Of a DNA stretch of 64,000 nucleotides, positions 38,940-49,371 are shown piece by piece. Each line of letters starts with the position of its first letter. Position 1 is the stretch's first letter. Under the pieces are notes generated by a model, which was not told the origin of the DNA, did no database searches, and worked only from the letters and a program-made list of their open reading frames with translations. The DNA comes from a bacterium (lineage in GTDB: Bacteria; SZUA-182; DTGQ01), in contig JBFMGO010000013.1 in NCBI GenBank assembly GCA_040752695.1, positions 1-64,000 on the forward strand. The letters run 5' to 3'. The position numbers and the translations under genes were made by a program.

Positions 38940-39803
38940 TTGTTTATGAGAACGTCTTTAAACTGTTTTCCCTGCTTCATCCACCAGACCCTGAATGCCC
39001 TGGAAATGCTTGGGGCGGAAGGTTGTGTCCGGGAACGGGTGTTGCGGGAGGTACTCCATCACTCCAGCAAGATAAGTCTTTTTGATCCTCCTCCTGCCAT
39101 GGGCAAGGTAATTCACGATCTTATCCAGAAAGAATGCCGGGTACCGGACCCTTACCGGGATGTCAAAGAGCGGTTTAACCGTCTCGCTCTGGCCCTTTAT
39201 CCTGATTTAGCCAAGAAAGTCAGGAATTCCCCTGATCCGCTCGATACGGCCGTACGGCTGGCCATTGCCGGTAATATCATTGACTTTGGAATTCATACCC
39301 GGCTGCAAATGTCTCAGGTACATCAATCTATCAAGGCTGCCCTGGATGCTTCACTGGAGCCCTCGGTTTTCAGGCTGTTCAGACAGTCAGTGAAAGAGGC
39401 AGGCCGGATCCTCTACCTGGGCGATAATGCCGGAGAGATTGTCTTTGACCGGCTTCTGATCGAAATTCTTCCCCATGAAAAGATTACTTTTGCGGTCAAG
39501 GGGGGGCCTATTATCAACGATGCTTTAAAAGAAGACGCCGAATTTGCAGGATTAACCGATCTTGTACCGGTCATCGACAATGGAGCGAACGCACCGGGAA
39601 CGATCCTAAATTTATGCTCTCCGGAATTTGTCCGCACATTTCATCAGGCCGATCTGGTGATCGCCAAAGGGCAGGGAAATTTCGAGTCCTTAAACGATTC
39701 TCCCAAGAGGATTTTCTTTCTCCTCAAAGCCAAATGTTCGGTAGTGGCCGAGCATGTTGGTTGCGAGATGAATTCCATGCTCTTTTTGCCGCATCTTTCC
39801 TGA
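38940..39803 (+). CDS. Damage-control phosphatase, ARMT1/DUF89 family
   Basis: C-x-PC, DPY-x-x-x-K, AIAGNIIDFG, DNAGEIVFD, PIINDA, KGQGNFESL, KAKC. Confidence 0.93.
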   Translation: MFMRTSLNCFPCFIHQTLNALEMLGAEGCVRERVLREVLHHSSKISLFDPPPAMGKVIHDLIQKECRVPDPYRDVKERFNRLALALYPDLAKKVRNSPDPLDTAVRLAIAGNIIDFGIHTRLQMSQVHQSIKAALDASLEPSVFRLFRQSVKEAGRILYLGDNAGEIVFDRLLIEILPHEKITFAVKGGPIINDALKEDAEFAGLTDLVPVIDNGANAPGTILNLCSPEFVRTFHQADLVIAKGQGNFESLNDSPKRIFFLLKAKCSVVAEHVGCEMNSMLFLPHLS

Positions 39804-39825
39804 TAAAAGCTGAGGAGGAACAAAA

Positions 39826-40182
39826 GTGCTTATCGTCTACATTCTCGTAGGAATTACAGCCGGTATGTTTGGTGGTTTTTTCGGGCTTGGTGGAGGGGTG
39901 ATTATTATTCCCGCACTGATCTGCCTTTTTAAATACAGCCAGCATCAGGCCCAGGGTACGGCCATTGCCACTTTGCTTCCCCCAATCGGGCTGCTCGCTG
40001 CACTCAAGTACTACAGGAGCGGATATGTACATGTCAAACCCGCCATCTTTATTTCTCTGGGCTTCTTTATCGGAGGATACCTTGGCGCATTGATCGCCAC
40101 CAGGCTTTCTGCGGATAAGCTGCGGTTTTGCTTTGCCTGTCTGTTATTGATTCTTTCCCTCCGCCTGCTTTTCAGTAAGTAA
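39826..40182 (+). CDS. TauE/SafE (DUF81) family permease, half-size
   Basis: GFFGLGGGVIIIP, QHQAQGT, PPIGL, GGYLGA; SD GAGGAGG. Confidence 0.88.
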   Translation: MLIVYILVGITAGMFGGFFGLGGGVIIIPALICLFKYSQHQAQGTAIATLLPPIGLLAALKYYRSGYVHVKPAIFISLGFFIGGYLGALIATRLSADKLRFCFACLLLILSLRLLFSK

Positions 40183-40258
40183 GTACCCGTTATGGGAAAA
40201 AAAATCACCGCTCATATGAAGGTCATATCGACGGACAGTACACCGGGAATAACGATGG

Positions 40259-42364
40259 ATGGAGAAACGAGAGAAAATGGTGAAGAGGCATGTATCGTTC
40301 ATTCTGATCGTTTTTCTTCTTTGCTTTCCTGGTTGTGCGCCTTCCGGGTCCTCTGACGGCTCTTCAACTCATGCTCTTTTGGTGCAGAATCCGGGGTTTG
40401 AGGACCTGCAACCATCCTCCATGCAGCCTGTCGGATGGTCCGCGCTGCCGGAGGGCTGGTCGATCGTTTCCAATAAAGCACATGCAGGGAAAAACAGCCT
40501 GCGGGTCCAAAACCACTCGTCTTCTTCATCCGGCCACCCTTCTCAGGAAATTTTCCTGTCTAGCCATAAGAGCTATCGAATCGGCCTCTGGGTCAAAGGG
40601 AAGGAATTGATCAGTCCCGGTCAGGGGCATGAGGGGGCCACCTTTTGCATCGAGTATTTCGATGACAACTGGACCTGGCTTGGAGGAGTGGATTCGATTC
40701 CAGGACGTGCAGGCACCTTTGACTGGCAAAAGATCCTTGTAGAAGAGGTCATAATCCCTTCCCGATGGATGCAAAAACAAGTAGCCCACATCGTGCTCTC
40801 CCCCATGCTGATGGAAGGCACTACGGGCACTGCCTGGTTTGATGACCTTTCCATAGAAGAGTGTGTTCCGCCGCTCCTTCAGACCTTCCTGCTGGAGCCG
40901 AATTACCGAGGGATGTTGATGCTTGAATCATCGCCGCAAATCCGGCTTCGAGCAGTTCTGCATCCTGAAGAAGCCGGATTGAGCTTTCAGTCTCTGGCTC
41001 TTCACCTCTCTTTAGTCAATGATGCAAATGAGGAAACGGTGCAGGAGGCTGACTTCTTCCCGCTCGACGGCAGCAGGGAAGTCGAACTGTCTATGCCCCT
41101 CTCTGACCCTCTTTTGGAAGGAGACTATCATATAAAGGTACAGCTCAGAGAAAAAAAGGGGGATCACCTGCTCGCTGAAGTTGAACATCCACTCCGGGGA
41201 ATCTCGGATTGCAGCATCTTTACTGCCTTTATTGATCGGGATAACCGGCTCTTGCGCCGTGGGATCCCCTCTTTCCCTTTGGGAATCTACACGGCCAATA
41301 CCGAGCTTTCCGCCGATGACCTGAAAGCCGAGATCAGGAAAATTGCCGACAGTCCCTATCATGTTCTTTTAAACTACAACACCCTTGCTCCCTTAAACTG
41401 GGAATGGCCGGGGAGTACGGACCAAGACAGGTATCACTTCATCCTGCATAATTATCTGGATGTTTTAGATGAATATGGTCTGAAAATTTTCTGCCCCCTC
41501 CCCTCCTCCGAACTATTTGATCTGCCTGAATCGGCTGCCCTGGAAAAAGTACACCAGATCGTGAATGCACTGAAAAGCCACCCTGCCATACTGGGCTGGT
41601 ACACCAATGACGAGATCGGACCGGCTTACTACCATCAACTGATGGCTTATGACCGGGCAATAGCGGCTTTAGATCCCGATCACCCTACCTGGTCGGTCCA
41701 ATATCAGCTTCAAGTTCTGGAGCGGATGGCACAGACCACTGATATTCTCGGTGTGGACCCGTATCCGGTCCCCCATACACCGCTGGTCTACGTGGCCGAG
41801 GCAGCAGAGGCAGCCCGCGAAGCGGGGCAGGGAGTTAAGCCCTTCTGGATGGTTATTCAGGCGCATGGGAATCCGATGCCGGTTGACCAAAGACAGAGGC
41901 CCACGCAAGAGGAGGTTCTGTGCATGACCTATCTTGGCCTGATTCATGGAGCCCGCGGTCTTTTCTACTATTCTTATTTCGATATCTGGCGTTTACCAGA
42001 TGCAGCGGCCCGATGGGAATGGCTGAAAGAAATCGGTACCGAGGTAAAATCGCTTGAGCAGACCCTGCTTTGCGGGGTGGAGGTTACAGGCATGTCATGC
42101 AGCCAGCCGGTGATTCACTTTGTGGTAAAGCGCCATCAGGATACCTTCTACCTTTTCATGACCAACCCGTCAGATATCAGAATCCAGGCTGCCTTTACAG
42201 GAAGCGGTCATCTTACCCTTAAAGAGCCACTCCGGGATTTCCTGCAGCCCGAAGAGAGCGGGCCGCAGGAAGTCATCCGGAATAACGGGTTTATCGTTAC
42301 GCTGCCGCCTTTGGGCAGGCGGGTTTATTCCTGGCCGGCAGTGACCAATTCTGCAGGAACATAG
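40259..42364 (+). CDS. Lipoprotein with CBM4/9-like domain and putative clan GH-A glycoside hydrolase barrel
   Basis: Lipobox FPGC; NPGFE...GW...AWFDDL; HPAILGWYTNDE, DPDHP, DILGVDPYP, PFWMVIQ, HGARGLFYY. Confidence 0.75.
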   Translation: MEKREKMVKRHVSFILIVFLLCFPGCAPSGSSDGSSTHALLVQNPGFEDLQPSSMQPVGWSALPEGWSIVSNKAHAGKNSLRVQNHSSSSSGHPSQEIFLSSHKSYRIGLWVKGKELISPGQGHEGATFCIEYFDDNWTWLGGVDSIPGRAGTFDWQKILVEEVIIPSRWMQKQVAHIVLSPMLMEGTTGTAWFDDLSIEECVPPLLQTFLLEPNYRGMLMLESSPQIRLRAVLHPEEAGLSFQSLALHLSLVNDANEETVQEADFFPLDGSREVELSMPLSDPLLEGDYHIKVQLREKKGDHLLAEVEHPLRGISDCSIFTAFIDRDNRLLRRGIPSFPLGIYTANTELSADDLKAEIRKIADSPYHVLLNYNTLAPLNWEWPGSTDQDRYHFILHNYLDVLDEYGLKIFCPLPSSELFDLPESAALEKVHQIVNALKSHPAILGWYTNDEIGPAYYHQLMAYDRAIAALDPDHPTWSVQYQLQVLERMAQTTDILGVDPYPVPHTPLVYVAEAAEAAREAGQGVKPFWMVIQAHGNPMPVDQRQRPTQEEVLCMTYLGLIHGARGLFYYSYFDIWRLPDAAARWEWLKEIGTEVKSLEQTLLCGVEVTGMSCSQPVIHFVVKRHQDTFYLFMTNPSDIRIQAAFTGSGHLTLKEPLRDFLQPEESGPQEVIRNNGFIVTLPPLGRRVYSWPAVTNSAGT

Positions 42365-43719
42365 CTGGAACTTCCGGTATTGCCGGCTGCATAGCCCTGA
42401 CGCTGACTGTAGCGCAGGGAATTGGGCCGGACCGGACATTCTTCGGCAATTTTGAAGCCGTCGATGATCTTCTTGTCCCGCAGCTCATACAGGCGGGGAA
42501 CCATGATATCACGCAGATCAGTCAGCCCCATCGGATTGATAAAGATCTTGGTTCCACCTTCAAAGCCGGCGGGTGTATTGACTCTCCACTTAATGAGGAT
42601 GTGCCAGGGCATGGGGATGATTGCATCCCGTGGGCAGTAATACCATTCCTCGTTACAGGAAATAGCGGTCCCCATGGCTGCGTGGCAGGCATGCACCAGA
42701 TCGCTGAAACCCCGCAATTCCTCGTCAGTATGCTCATTGGGCCTCAGATGCTCGCTCTTGGAATAAATTACCAGAGTGGGATGCACGTGGCCAACATCCA
42801 CAAATGCCATGGCATAATCGTTTTCAGCAATGACCAGATTATTATAGCAGGCAAAATTGGCTGCCATGTCATTGTAAATATTCGGATGGGATTGCACCAG
42901 GGCCAGTTCCTGCTCAACCGATGTACCCCACTCGTCCAGGGCAACCAGTTGCTTGTGCAGATGGTCGAAGGATGCTCCTGCATCCCGCAGCCAGTTTTGG
43001 AAGATACTGATGTAGCGGACATACCGGTTCTGGGCATAGATGTCTTCCATGGCATCGATGGTGAATTTAAAGTACTGGAAATGTTCTTCCTGGGTAAGCT
43101 CACCTGAAGAGCACAGATCGATATCATACTGCGCACCCGGCTTCAGGTGCCTGGCCGCTACGATCAATTCATGTCCGCCGCTGAAAAAGGCATTGGCCAG
43201 CCTCAGTTTTTCTTCAATGGGCTTGGAAAAAATTTCATCCGGTGTCAGGCCGGACAGCTTCAATTTCAGTTCGATAATACCCAGTACATGCCGCAATCCT
43301 TCATCACTGGAAACATATCGCTGTTTCCACTCTTTATTTACGCCATCCAGCTTATAATTATAGTTTTTTTCCCAATAATCTGTGGTCACGATCTCAAAAA
43401 GGTTGGGGATTCGTCGAAACTCAGCTTCCTCAGAAAAAACCCTCTCCGCGTCCAACCGGCTTAATATCTCATAGCCCCGCTCGGTTTTTACAAGACGGGC
43501 TTTTTCCGGCGGGGTATTCTTATAATTAGCGGAACAGAAATTACAATAGTTTTCCGGATATCGTGGCGTAATTTCCTTGGGTGCTGTCTTGAAGCTGTTA
43601 TAACTGGGTTTATTTTTCCGTCCGGGAATTGTCCAGACCTCTCTTCCGGTAAAGGGATTAATCTGTTTTCCTGTCCCGTCCGGCATCACGCGATAAATCA
43701 TCTTGTGTAAACGATACAT
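42325..43719 (-). CDS. DUF4921 family protein (GalT/HIT-like nucleotidyltransferase)
   Basis: DGT-x-KQINPFTG-x-EVWT, FRRIPNLFEI, FQNWL-x-x-AGASFDHLHKQL, AGFEGGTKI. Confidence 0.88.
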   Translation of the reverse strand: MYRLHKMIYRVMPDGTGKQINPFTGREVWTIPGRKNKPSYNSFKTAPKEITPRYPENYCNFCSANYKNTPPEKARLVKTERGYEILSRLDAERVFSEEAEFRRIPNLFEIVTTDYWEKNYNYKLDGVNKEWKQRYVSSDEGLRHVLGIIELKLKLSGLTPDEIFSKPIEEKLRLANAFFSGGHELIVAARHLKPGAQYDIDLCSSGELTQEEHFQYFKFTIDAMEDIYAQNRYVRYISIFQNWLRDAGASFDHLHKQLVALDEWGTSVEQELALVQSHPNIYNDMAANFACYNNLVIAENDYAMAFVDVGHVHPTLVIYSKSEHLRPNEHTDEELRGFSDLVHACHAAMGTAISCNEEWYYCPRDAIIPMPWHILIKWRVNTPAGFEGGTKIFINPMGLTDLRDIMVPRLYELRDKKIIDGFKIAEECPVRPNSLRYSQRQGYAAGNTGSSSYVPAELVTAGQE

Positions 43720-44491
43720 ATTTGATCACCTCATTGTTAGGGAAAATGAATAAGAGAACCTTGGCAGATACTCATCAGATGACTTTAGAAACTCCTCCTT
43801 CCCTCTTCAAGCTCTTCTTTCAACAAAAATCCCGGTCTCCTTTCGCAAGCTGTCAGCAGGTGGTCAAAAGGCTCATAATTTTCCTCTGATTCCATGAAAA
43901 TATCCTTTTGTTTATGGTACCTAATTCTGGATTTTTGAGTCAAGCTTTTCTCGTGGCAAGAAAATCGCGATGCCTTTTAGGGATAAACATTGGTTCTATC
44001 TGGTCACTAGTATAATCAAAGATATTCCCGCTTGTTCTGCCTGAAAGTATTATCGACATAATCTCGCCATGAATATGGATACAATCGTGAGAAAATCTGC
44101 GAAAAGATAACACTGCGAGGAGGAACTGGTCTCGTGCAAGAAGTAAAGGTTCTTTCTTATTGCCTTCATTACCAAAAATAAAAAGTTATTTGTCGATTTC
44201 GGTTTTTAACTCCTGATAGCGTTCAGGCTAATTTTATTCCACTATCAAAAAGATAGTCAAGGTAAATCTGCATGCCGGGCATAAAAAAAATACCTGTCTG
44301 TCAGACTATCGCGTTTTTTTCAGTCAGCAGGCATAATTTATGCTTCTTAACATATAAAAATGAAGAAACTTGTCATCTCCGGTTATTTGTATTAGAATAA
44401 AAATTTATGACAATGCATTAAAATTATGCAATCATGATAACTCAAACGCAATCTATTTCCACCACGAGTCATAAATGAGAGGGCACAAGAA

Positions 44492-47353
44492 ATGGGAATG
44501 AGTAAAAGAAGAGCTTTGCTCTGGTGTGCAGGTATGGTTTTGGTTTTTTTTACATACGGTTGTCAGCACCTTAACACTGGCATCCAGCAGGTTGCAGCAC
44601 CCGAATGTAATGTCATTATTGTCACTCTTGATACCTTAAGAGCCGATCATCTGGGCTGTTATGGAAATACGAAGATAAAGACTCCTTATATCGATTCCCT
44701 GGCCAAAGAAGGCGTACGATTCAGCCGGACCTATACGCCGGTGCCGGTAACTTTGCCTTCACATACCTCCATCATGACCGGTCTTTATCCCGTATACCAT
44801 AAGGTGCGGAACAACGGCACCTTCGAGGCGAGCGAACAACTGGAAACCCTGGCTGAGGTATTGAAGAAAAAAGGTTTCCACACCGCAGCCTTTATCGGCT
44901 CCTTTGTTCTGGACAGCCGGTACGGATTGGGACAGGGGTTTGATTATTACGATGATTATCTGGAAAGAGATTCTAATCAGTCGATCATGGTGTATAACGA
45001 GAGACCGGCCGGTGATGTAGTCAAATCGGCTAACCAGTGGCTTGAGAAGAATAGCGGGAGTCGTTTTTTCATGTGGCTGCATTGTTTCGATCCTCATGCG
45101 CCCTATGATCCTCCCCTGCCTTTCAGTAAAATTTACCAGAAAAATCTCTATAACGGTGAGATTGCCTATGCCGATTATGCCCTGGGAAGATTATTGGCCA
45201 CCCTCAAGAAAAAGAACCTGCTCGATGAGACTCTGATCGTGATTACCGCAGATCACGGAGAAGGACTCGGTGAGCACGAAGAAAAGACACACGCGATTTT
45301 CATTTATGATGCAACCTTGCACGTTCCTCTTATCATGCGCTATCCCAAGGCCATTCCAGCCGGTCTGACTGTCCAGAATACAACATCGGTTATCGATATC
45401 ATGCCCACCATTCTGGATATCCTCAAGGTGAAAGACAAGCCCCAGTGTGAAGGAACAAGTCTTTTCAATCTTATACAGGGGGAGAAGGAATTTCCCCGCC
45501 ATGAACTGCTGTGCGAAACCTTTTATCCTCTCTATAATCATAACTGGAGCCCGATGGAAGGACTCAGAACCGAACAGTGGAAATATATCAAGGCACCCAG
45601 GCCCGAGCTTTACGATCTGAAAAACGATCCGGGTGAAAAGGTTAACCTCTATGACCGGAAAAAAGACCTGGCTACGGAATTAGATGCCCGGATGAGAGAG
45701 CTGCAAAAGGAAAATTCACCATCAAAGGATGAATTTTCCGGCAATTTCAAAATGGACAAGGATACCCAGGACCGGCTCAAAAGTCTTGGTTATGTCTGGA
45801 CCATACCGGCAGACACCAAGGACAGCACTAAGAAGGACTATTACTCTTTGCCGGACCCCAAGGACATGATCGCCACCCTTGAATACCTGAACACGGGAAC
45901 CTTTTACTATACGCAGGGAAATTACGATAAGGCAGTCGAACAATTTCAATTGATGCTCAAGGCCAACCCAAAGGATGTATTCACCCATTTTGTCCTGGGG
46001 TACATTTATGACAAGCAGGGTCTTACGGACCAGGCCATTCAGGAACTGCAAGAATCCATACGGCTGGACCCCTCCTATATCAACGCTTATAATAACCTCG
46101 GAACCATCTATAACCGCCTTGGAAGGCAGAAAGAGGCGCTCGACGTATTCAAAATAGCTTTGCAGTTGAACCCTGATTATCTGGAAGTGCATGATAACCT
46201 GGGAGTAGTCTATTTCGCCCTCGGTGAATATGACAAGGCGCTGGAATCATTCCAAAGGGCAGCAGAAATCAACCCCAACGGGTACGAGTACTATAATAAC
46301 ATGGGAAGCGTGTACCTGGCCAAAGGTGATTATGAGAACGGGGAGAAAATGATTTTGAAAGCTCTGGAACTCAACCCAAAGACTGTCGATGGCCTGAATA
46401 ATCTGGGAAGTATTTACATTAACCAGGGGAAATATTCTCAGGCCATTGAAAAATTTCAGGAATTAGTCGAGCTCGATCCCAATCATGCTGACGGATGGAC
46501 GAACCTTGGAACAGCATTTCTTGGAAGTGGAAAATTCGACGAAGCCCAAAAAGCGCTGGAAAGAGCTATCCATATCAAACCCGCTGTTCCTAAAGCTTAT
46601 GGGTCCCTGGGAACGCTCTTCATGAAGCAGGGGAAATCTTACCAGGCAGTGGAGCAATTTCAGAAGTCTCTCAATCTGGAGCCGGATTCTTCAGAGGCCC
46701 ACTACAACCTGGGCATTGCCTATTACAGCAACGGCCAGATTAACCAGGCTATTGAGGAGTACAACCGCGCCATCGCCCTTGATCCCCAAAATCCTTCTGC
46801 CCATGTCAACTTAGGCATCGTGTATTTCGCTACGGGACAGATCGATAAGAGCCAGGACGAGTATCAAAAGGCACTCAGCCTTGATCCGCACCACCTGGAA
46901 GCCCTGATCAACCTTGGCGTAATCTACTACAACAAGGGAGAATATGACCTGGCTATCAAAACATACCAGGATGCCCTGCTCGTTAATCCGAACAGCATTC
47001 AACCCTATGTGAATATGGGACTGGCTTACCTGGCCAAGGGAATGACCAGGGAAGCGATCGCCGAGTACCAGAAAGCCCTTAAGATCAACCCCCGGAATCT
47101 GGAGGTTCACGTCAACCTGGCCAGCGCGTATTTTAACCTGGGTGAATACCCCAGCGCCCTGGCCGAGTATCTGAGTATTACGGAGCTTGATCCGAAAAAT
47201 CCGTTAGGCTTCTATGGCCTTGGATACAGCTATTTTTATCAGGGCCTCTTCGATCAGGCAATATCGGCTCTTCAGAATGCACTGCGTTTAAAACCGGACT
47301 ACCTGGAAGCCCGCCTCCTTTTGGATAAGGCCCTCTCCATAAAAAAAAATTAG
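44492..47353 (+). CDS. Sulfatase-like (alkaline phosphatase superfamily) lipoprotein with a long TPR tail
   Basis: Lipobox TYGC; DTLRAD, TLPSH-x-S-x-x-TG, FDPHAPY, ADHGEGLGEH, ELYDL-x-x-DPGE; about 14 TPR repeats. Confidence 0.92.
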   Translation: MGMSKRRALLWCAGMVLVFFTYGCQHLNTGIQQVAAPECNVIIVTLDTLRADHLGCYGNTKIKTPYIDSLAKEGVRFSRTYTPVPVTLPSHTSIMTGLYPVYHKVRNNGTFEASEQLETLAEVLKKKGFHTAAFIGSFVLDSRYGLGQGFDYYDDYLERDSNQSIMVYNERPAGDVVKSANQWLEKNSGSRFFMWLHCFDPHAPYDPPLPFSKIYQKNLYNGEIAYADYALGRLLATLKKKNLLDETLIVITADHGEGLGEHEEKTHAIFIYDATLHVPLIMRYPKAIPAGLTVQNTTSVIDIMPTILDILKVKDKPQCEGTSLFNLIQGEKEFPRHELLCETFYPLYNHNWSPMEGLRTEQWKYIKAPRPELYDLKNDPGEKVNLYDRKKDLATELDARMRELQKENSPSKDEFSGNFKMDKDTQDRLKSLGYVWTIPADTKDSTKKDYYSLPDPKDMIATLEYLNTGTFYYTQGNYDKAVEQFQLMLKANPKDVFTHFVLGYIYDKQGLTDQAIQELQESIRLDPSYINAYNNLGTIYNRLGRQKEALDVFKIALQLNPDYLEVHDNLGVVYFALGEYDKALESFQRAAEINPNGYEYYNNMGSVYLAKGDYENGEKMILKALELNPKTVDGLNNLGSIYINQGKYSQAIEKFQELVELDPNHADGWTNLGTAFLGSGKFDEAQKALERAIHIKPAVPKAYGSLGTLFMKQGKSYQAVEQFQKSLNLEPDSSEAHYNLGIAYYSNGQINQAIEEYNRAIALDPQNPSAHVNLGIVYFATGQIDKSQDEYQKALSLDPHHLEALINLGVIYYNKGEYDLAIKTYQDALLVNPNSIQPYVNMGLAYLAKGMTREAIAEYQKALKINPRNLEVHVNLASAYFNLGEYPSALAEYLSITELDPKNPLGFYGLGYSYFYQGLFDQAISALQNALRLKPDYLEARLLLDKALSIKKN

Positions 47354-47386
47354 AAATGCCGGATTGAGAAGCCGTCAAAAAGCAGG

Positions 47387-47423
47387 GACAAAAAAGAGGG
47401 TGTGTCTCACCCTCTTTTTTGTC
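47387..47423 (+). terminator. Intrinsic terminator
   Basis: GACAAAAAAGAGGGTG-loop-CACCCTCTTTTTTGTC perfect stem downstream of the TPR gene. Confidence 0.85.
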
Positions 47424-47719
47424 TCGTAAAGTTGTCCGCAAAAAAAACCACGCCTTGCACAAATAACCCGTCCCTTCCTGTCTTTTTACCCTGGTATGTG
47501 TAGTCTGCCGCTCTTGTAGTCTGCCGCAGCGGCGAACCGCATTACTCAACGATCGAAGCCATTATCACCGCCCATAAAGACTGTTTCTCCGACAGGCTGC
47601 CAGGTGACAAATTTTAAAAAATTTAAAATATATATTCACTATTTGACATTAGATACTTTATTTTAGTATACTATTACAGTACATAGGTTATAGGTATAAT
47701 TATTAATTATAAATTAAAG

Positions 47720-47800
47720 AGAATAATAAATAAATTAGGGAGGATAATAAATAAATTAGAGCAGATAATAAACAAGTTAAAGAAGATAATAAATAAAGAG
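47720..47800. repeat. 4 degenerate 20-21-bp AT-rich tandem repeats (ATAATAAATAAATTAG core)
   Basis: Directly visible upstream of the NHL gene; no unique spacers. Confidence 0.8.
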
Positions 47801-47877
47801 GCTGGGCACCATAAGCTGTTATTCCAAGCTTTAAACTACATTATATTTTACCAACCTTAGACAGGAGGATTTGTCAT

Positions 47878-49257
47878 ATGAAGGGAAAAAGATTTAGCAA
47901 AAAGTTTCTCACCGGCCAGATATTCACCTATTTTATCCTCATTTTTCTCTTTTATTGTTTACTTCCTTTAGGTGTAGCTTCTTCAGAAGCACCTCCTCAA
48001 TTCGTCGTTACCTGGGGATCAGAAGGCTCTGGAAACGGGCAATTCGAAATTCCTACCGGAATAGCTACCGATATGGGGGGAAATGTCTATGTTGCTGATA
48101 CGTATAACCACCGCGTACAGAAGTTTACCTCTTCGGGCAGTTTCATAACTTCATGGGGCGATGTGCCAAAAGGCAATGGAAATGGAGAATTCGATACACC
48201 TATAGGAATTGCCGTAGATGGAAGTGGGAATATCTATGTCGCTGATATGGGAAATTTCCGTATACAGAAGTTTACCTCTTCGGGTGGTTACATAACTGAA
48301 TGGGGTTCTCAAGGCTCTGGTGATGGGCAATTCGAGTATCCTTATTCAATAGCTGTTGATTCGAGCGGCAATGTCTATGTCGCTGATACTAACAATAACC
48401 GCGTCCAAAAATTTAACTCTTCGGGCAGTCACCTGCGTACATGGGCATTAGGAGACTTTGCGGGAGAAATAATTCTTCCTTATGGAATAGCCGTTGATGA
48501 GGATGGGTATGTCTATGTCGCTGAAATAGCGACCAACCGCGTCCAGAAATTCACCTCTGAGGGTGTTTTCCTGACACGGTGGGGATCAGAAGGCTCCGCA
48601 GATGGACAATTCCATGAACCTTCTGGAATAGCCGTGGATGGGAGCAGAAATGTGTATGTAGCTGACTCTCATAACAATCGTATCCAGAAATTCACCTCTG
48701 AGGGTGTTTTCCTGGCCAAGTGGGGATCAGAAGGCTCCGCAGATGGACAATTCTCTTCTCCGCAGGGAATCGCCGTGTATGCGAATGAAAATGTCTATGT
48801 GGCTGATTCTCTTAATAACCGCATTCAGAAGTTTTCCTATCAGCCAACCTTGATCACGTTGGACCAGTTTACCGCGGTTCCAGAAAAGGACCGAATCACC
48901 CTTACCTGGACCACCTTGAGTGAAATCGACAACGCAGGCTTTAACCTCTGGCGCAGTGAATCAGAAAATGGAACTTTCATCAAGATCAATGCCGGAATTA
49001 TAGAAGCAGAAGGCGGAGCCACCCTGAGCGCAGAGTATTCTTACCCCGATACTACAGCCAGACCCGGCGTCAGTTACTTCTACCAACTCGAGGATATCGA
49101 CACCAAGGGTATCAGCACCTTTCATGGGCCGGTTTCCGCCATGCTTCCAAAAGCTACGGTCTTCTACCCACCTTACTGGTTTGGTGGATGGTACACGGAA
49201 GTATTGCGCTTTACGGTTAACAACACAAGCTATCCTCTTTGGTGGCCATCAAGATAA
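47878..49257 (+). CDS. Secreted NHL-repeat six-bladed beta-propeller with C-terminal Ig/FN3-like domain
   Basis: Six GQF-x-x-P-x-GIAVD-x-x-GNVYVAD-x-x-N-x-RIQKF repeats; W-x-T-x-SE-x-DNAGFNLWRS...Y-x-LEDID; SD AGGAGG. Confidence 0.92.
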   Translation: MKGKRFSKKFLTGQIFTYFILIFLFYCLLPLGVASSEAPPQFVVTWGSEGSGNGQFEIPTGIATDMGGNVYVADTYNHRVQKFTSSGSFITSWGDVPKGNGNGEFDTPIGIAVDGSGNIYVADMGNFRIQKFTSSGGYITEWGSQGSGDGQFEYPYSIAVDSSGNVYVADTNNNRVQKFNSSGSHLRTWALGDFAGEIILPYGIAVDEDGYVYVAEIATNRVQKFTSEGVFLTRWGSEGSADGQFHEPSGIAVDGSRNVYVADSHNNRIQKFTSEGVFLAKWGSEGSADGQFSSPQGIAVYANENVYVADSLNNRIQKFSYQPTLITLDQFTAVPEKDRITLTWTTLSEIDNAGFNLWRSESENGTFIKINAGIIEAEGGATLSAEYSYPDTTARPGVSYFYQLEDIDTKGISTFHGPVSAMLPKATVFYPPYWFGGWYTEVLRFTVNNTSYPLWWPSR

Positions 49258-49321
49258 GGCTTCTTCGTATATCTCTCAAGTCAGAACAGGCTTGCAGGCA
49301 TTGAGACTGTAAGCATTTAAC

Positions 49322-49360
49322 AAAATCCCCCCTTGCGAGATGAGAGCAAGGGGGGATTTT
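49322..49360. terminator. Bidirectional intrinsic terminator between convergent genes
   Basis: AAAATCCCCCCTTGC ... GCAAGGGGGGATTTT. Confidence 0.85.
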
Positions 49361-49371
49361 TATCAATAGAT

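Noticed and set aside
47720..47800. Regularly spaced AT-rich repeats as a CRISPR array
   Set aside because: Units are contiguous and degenerate with no unique spacers, and there are no cas genes.
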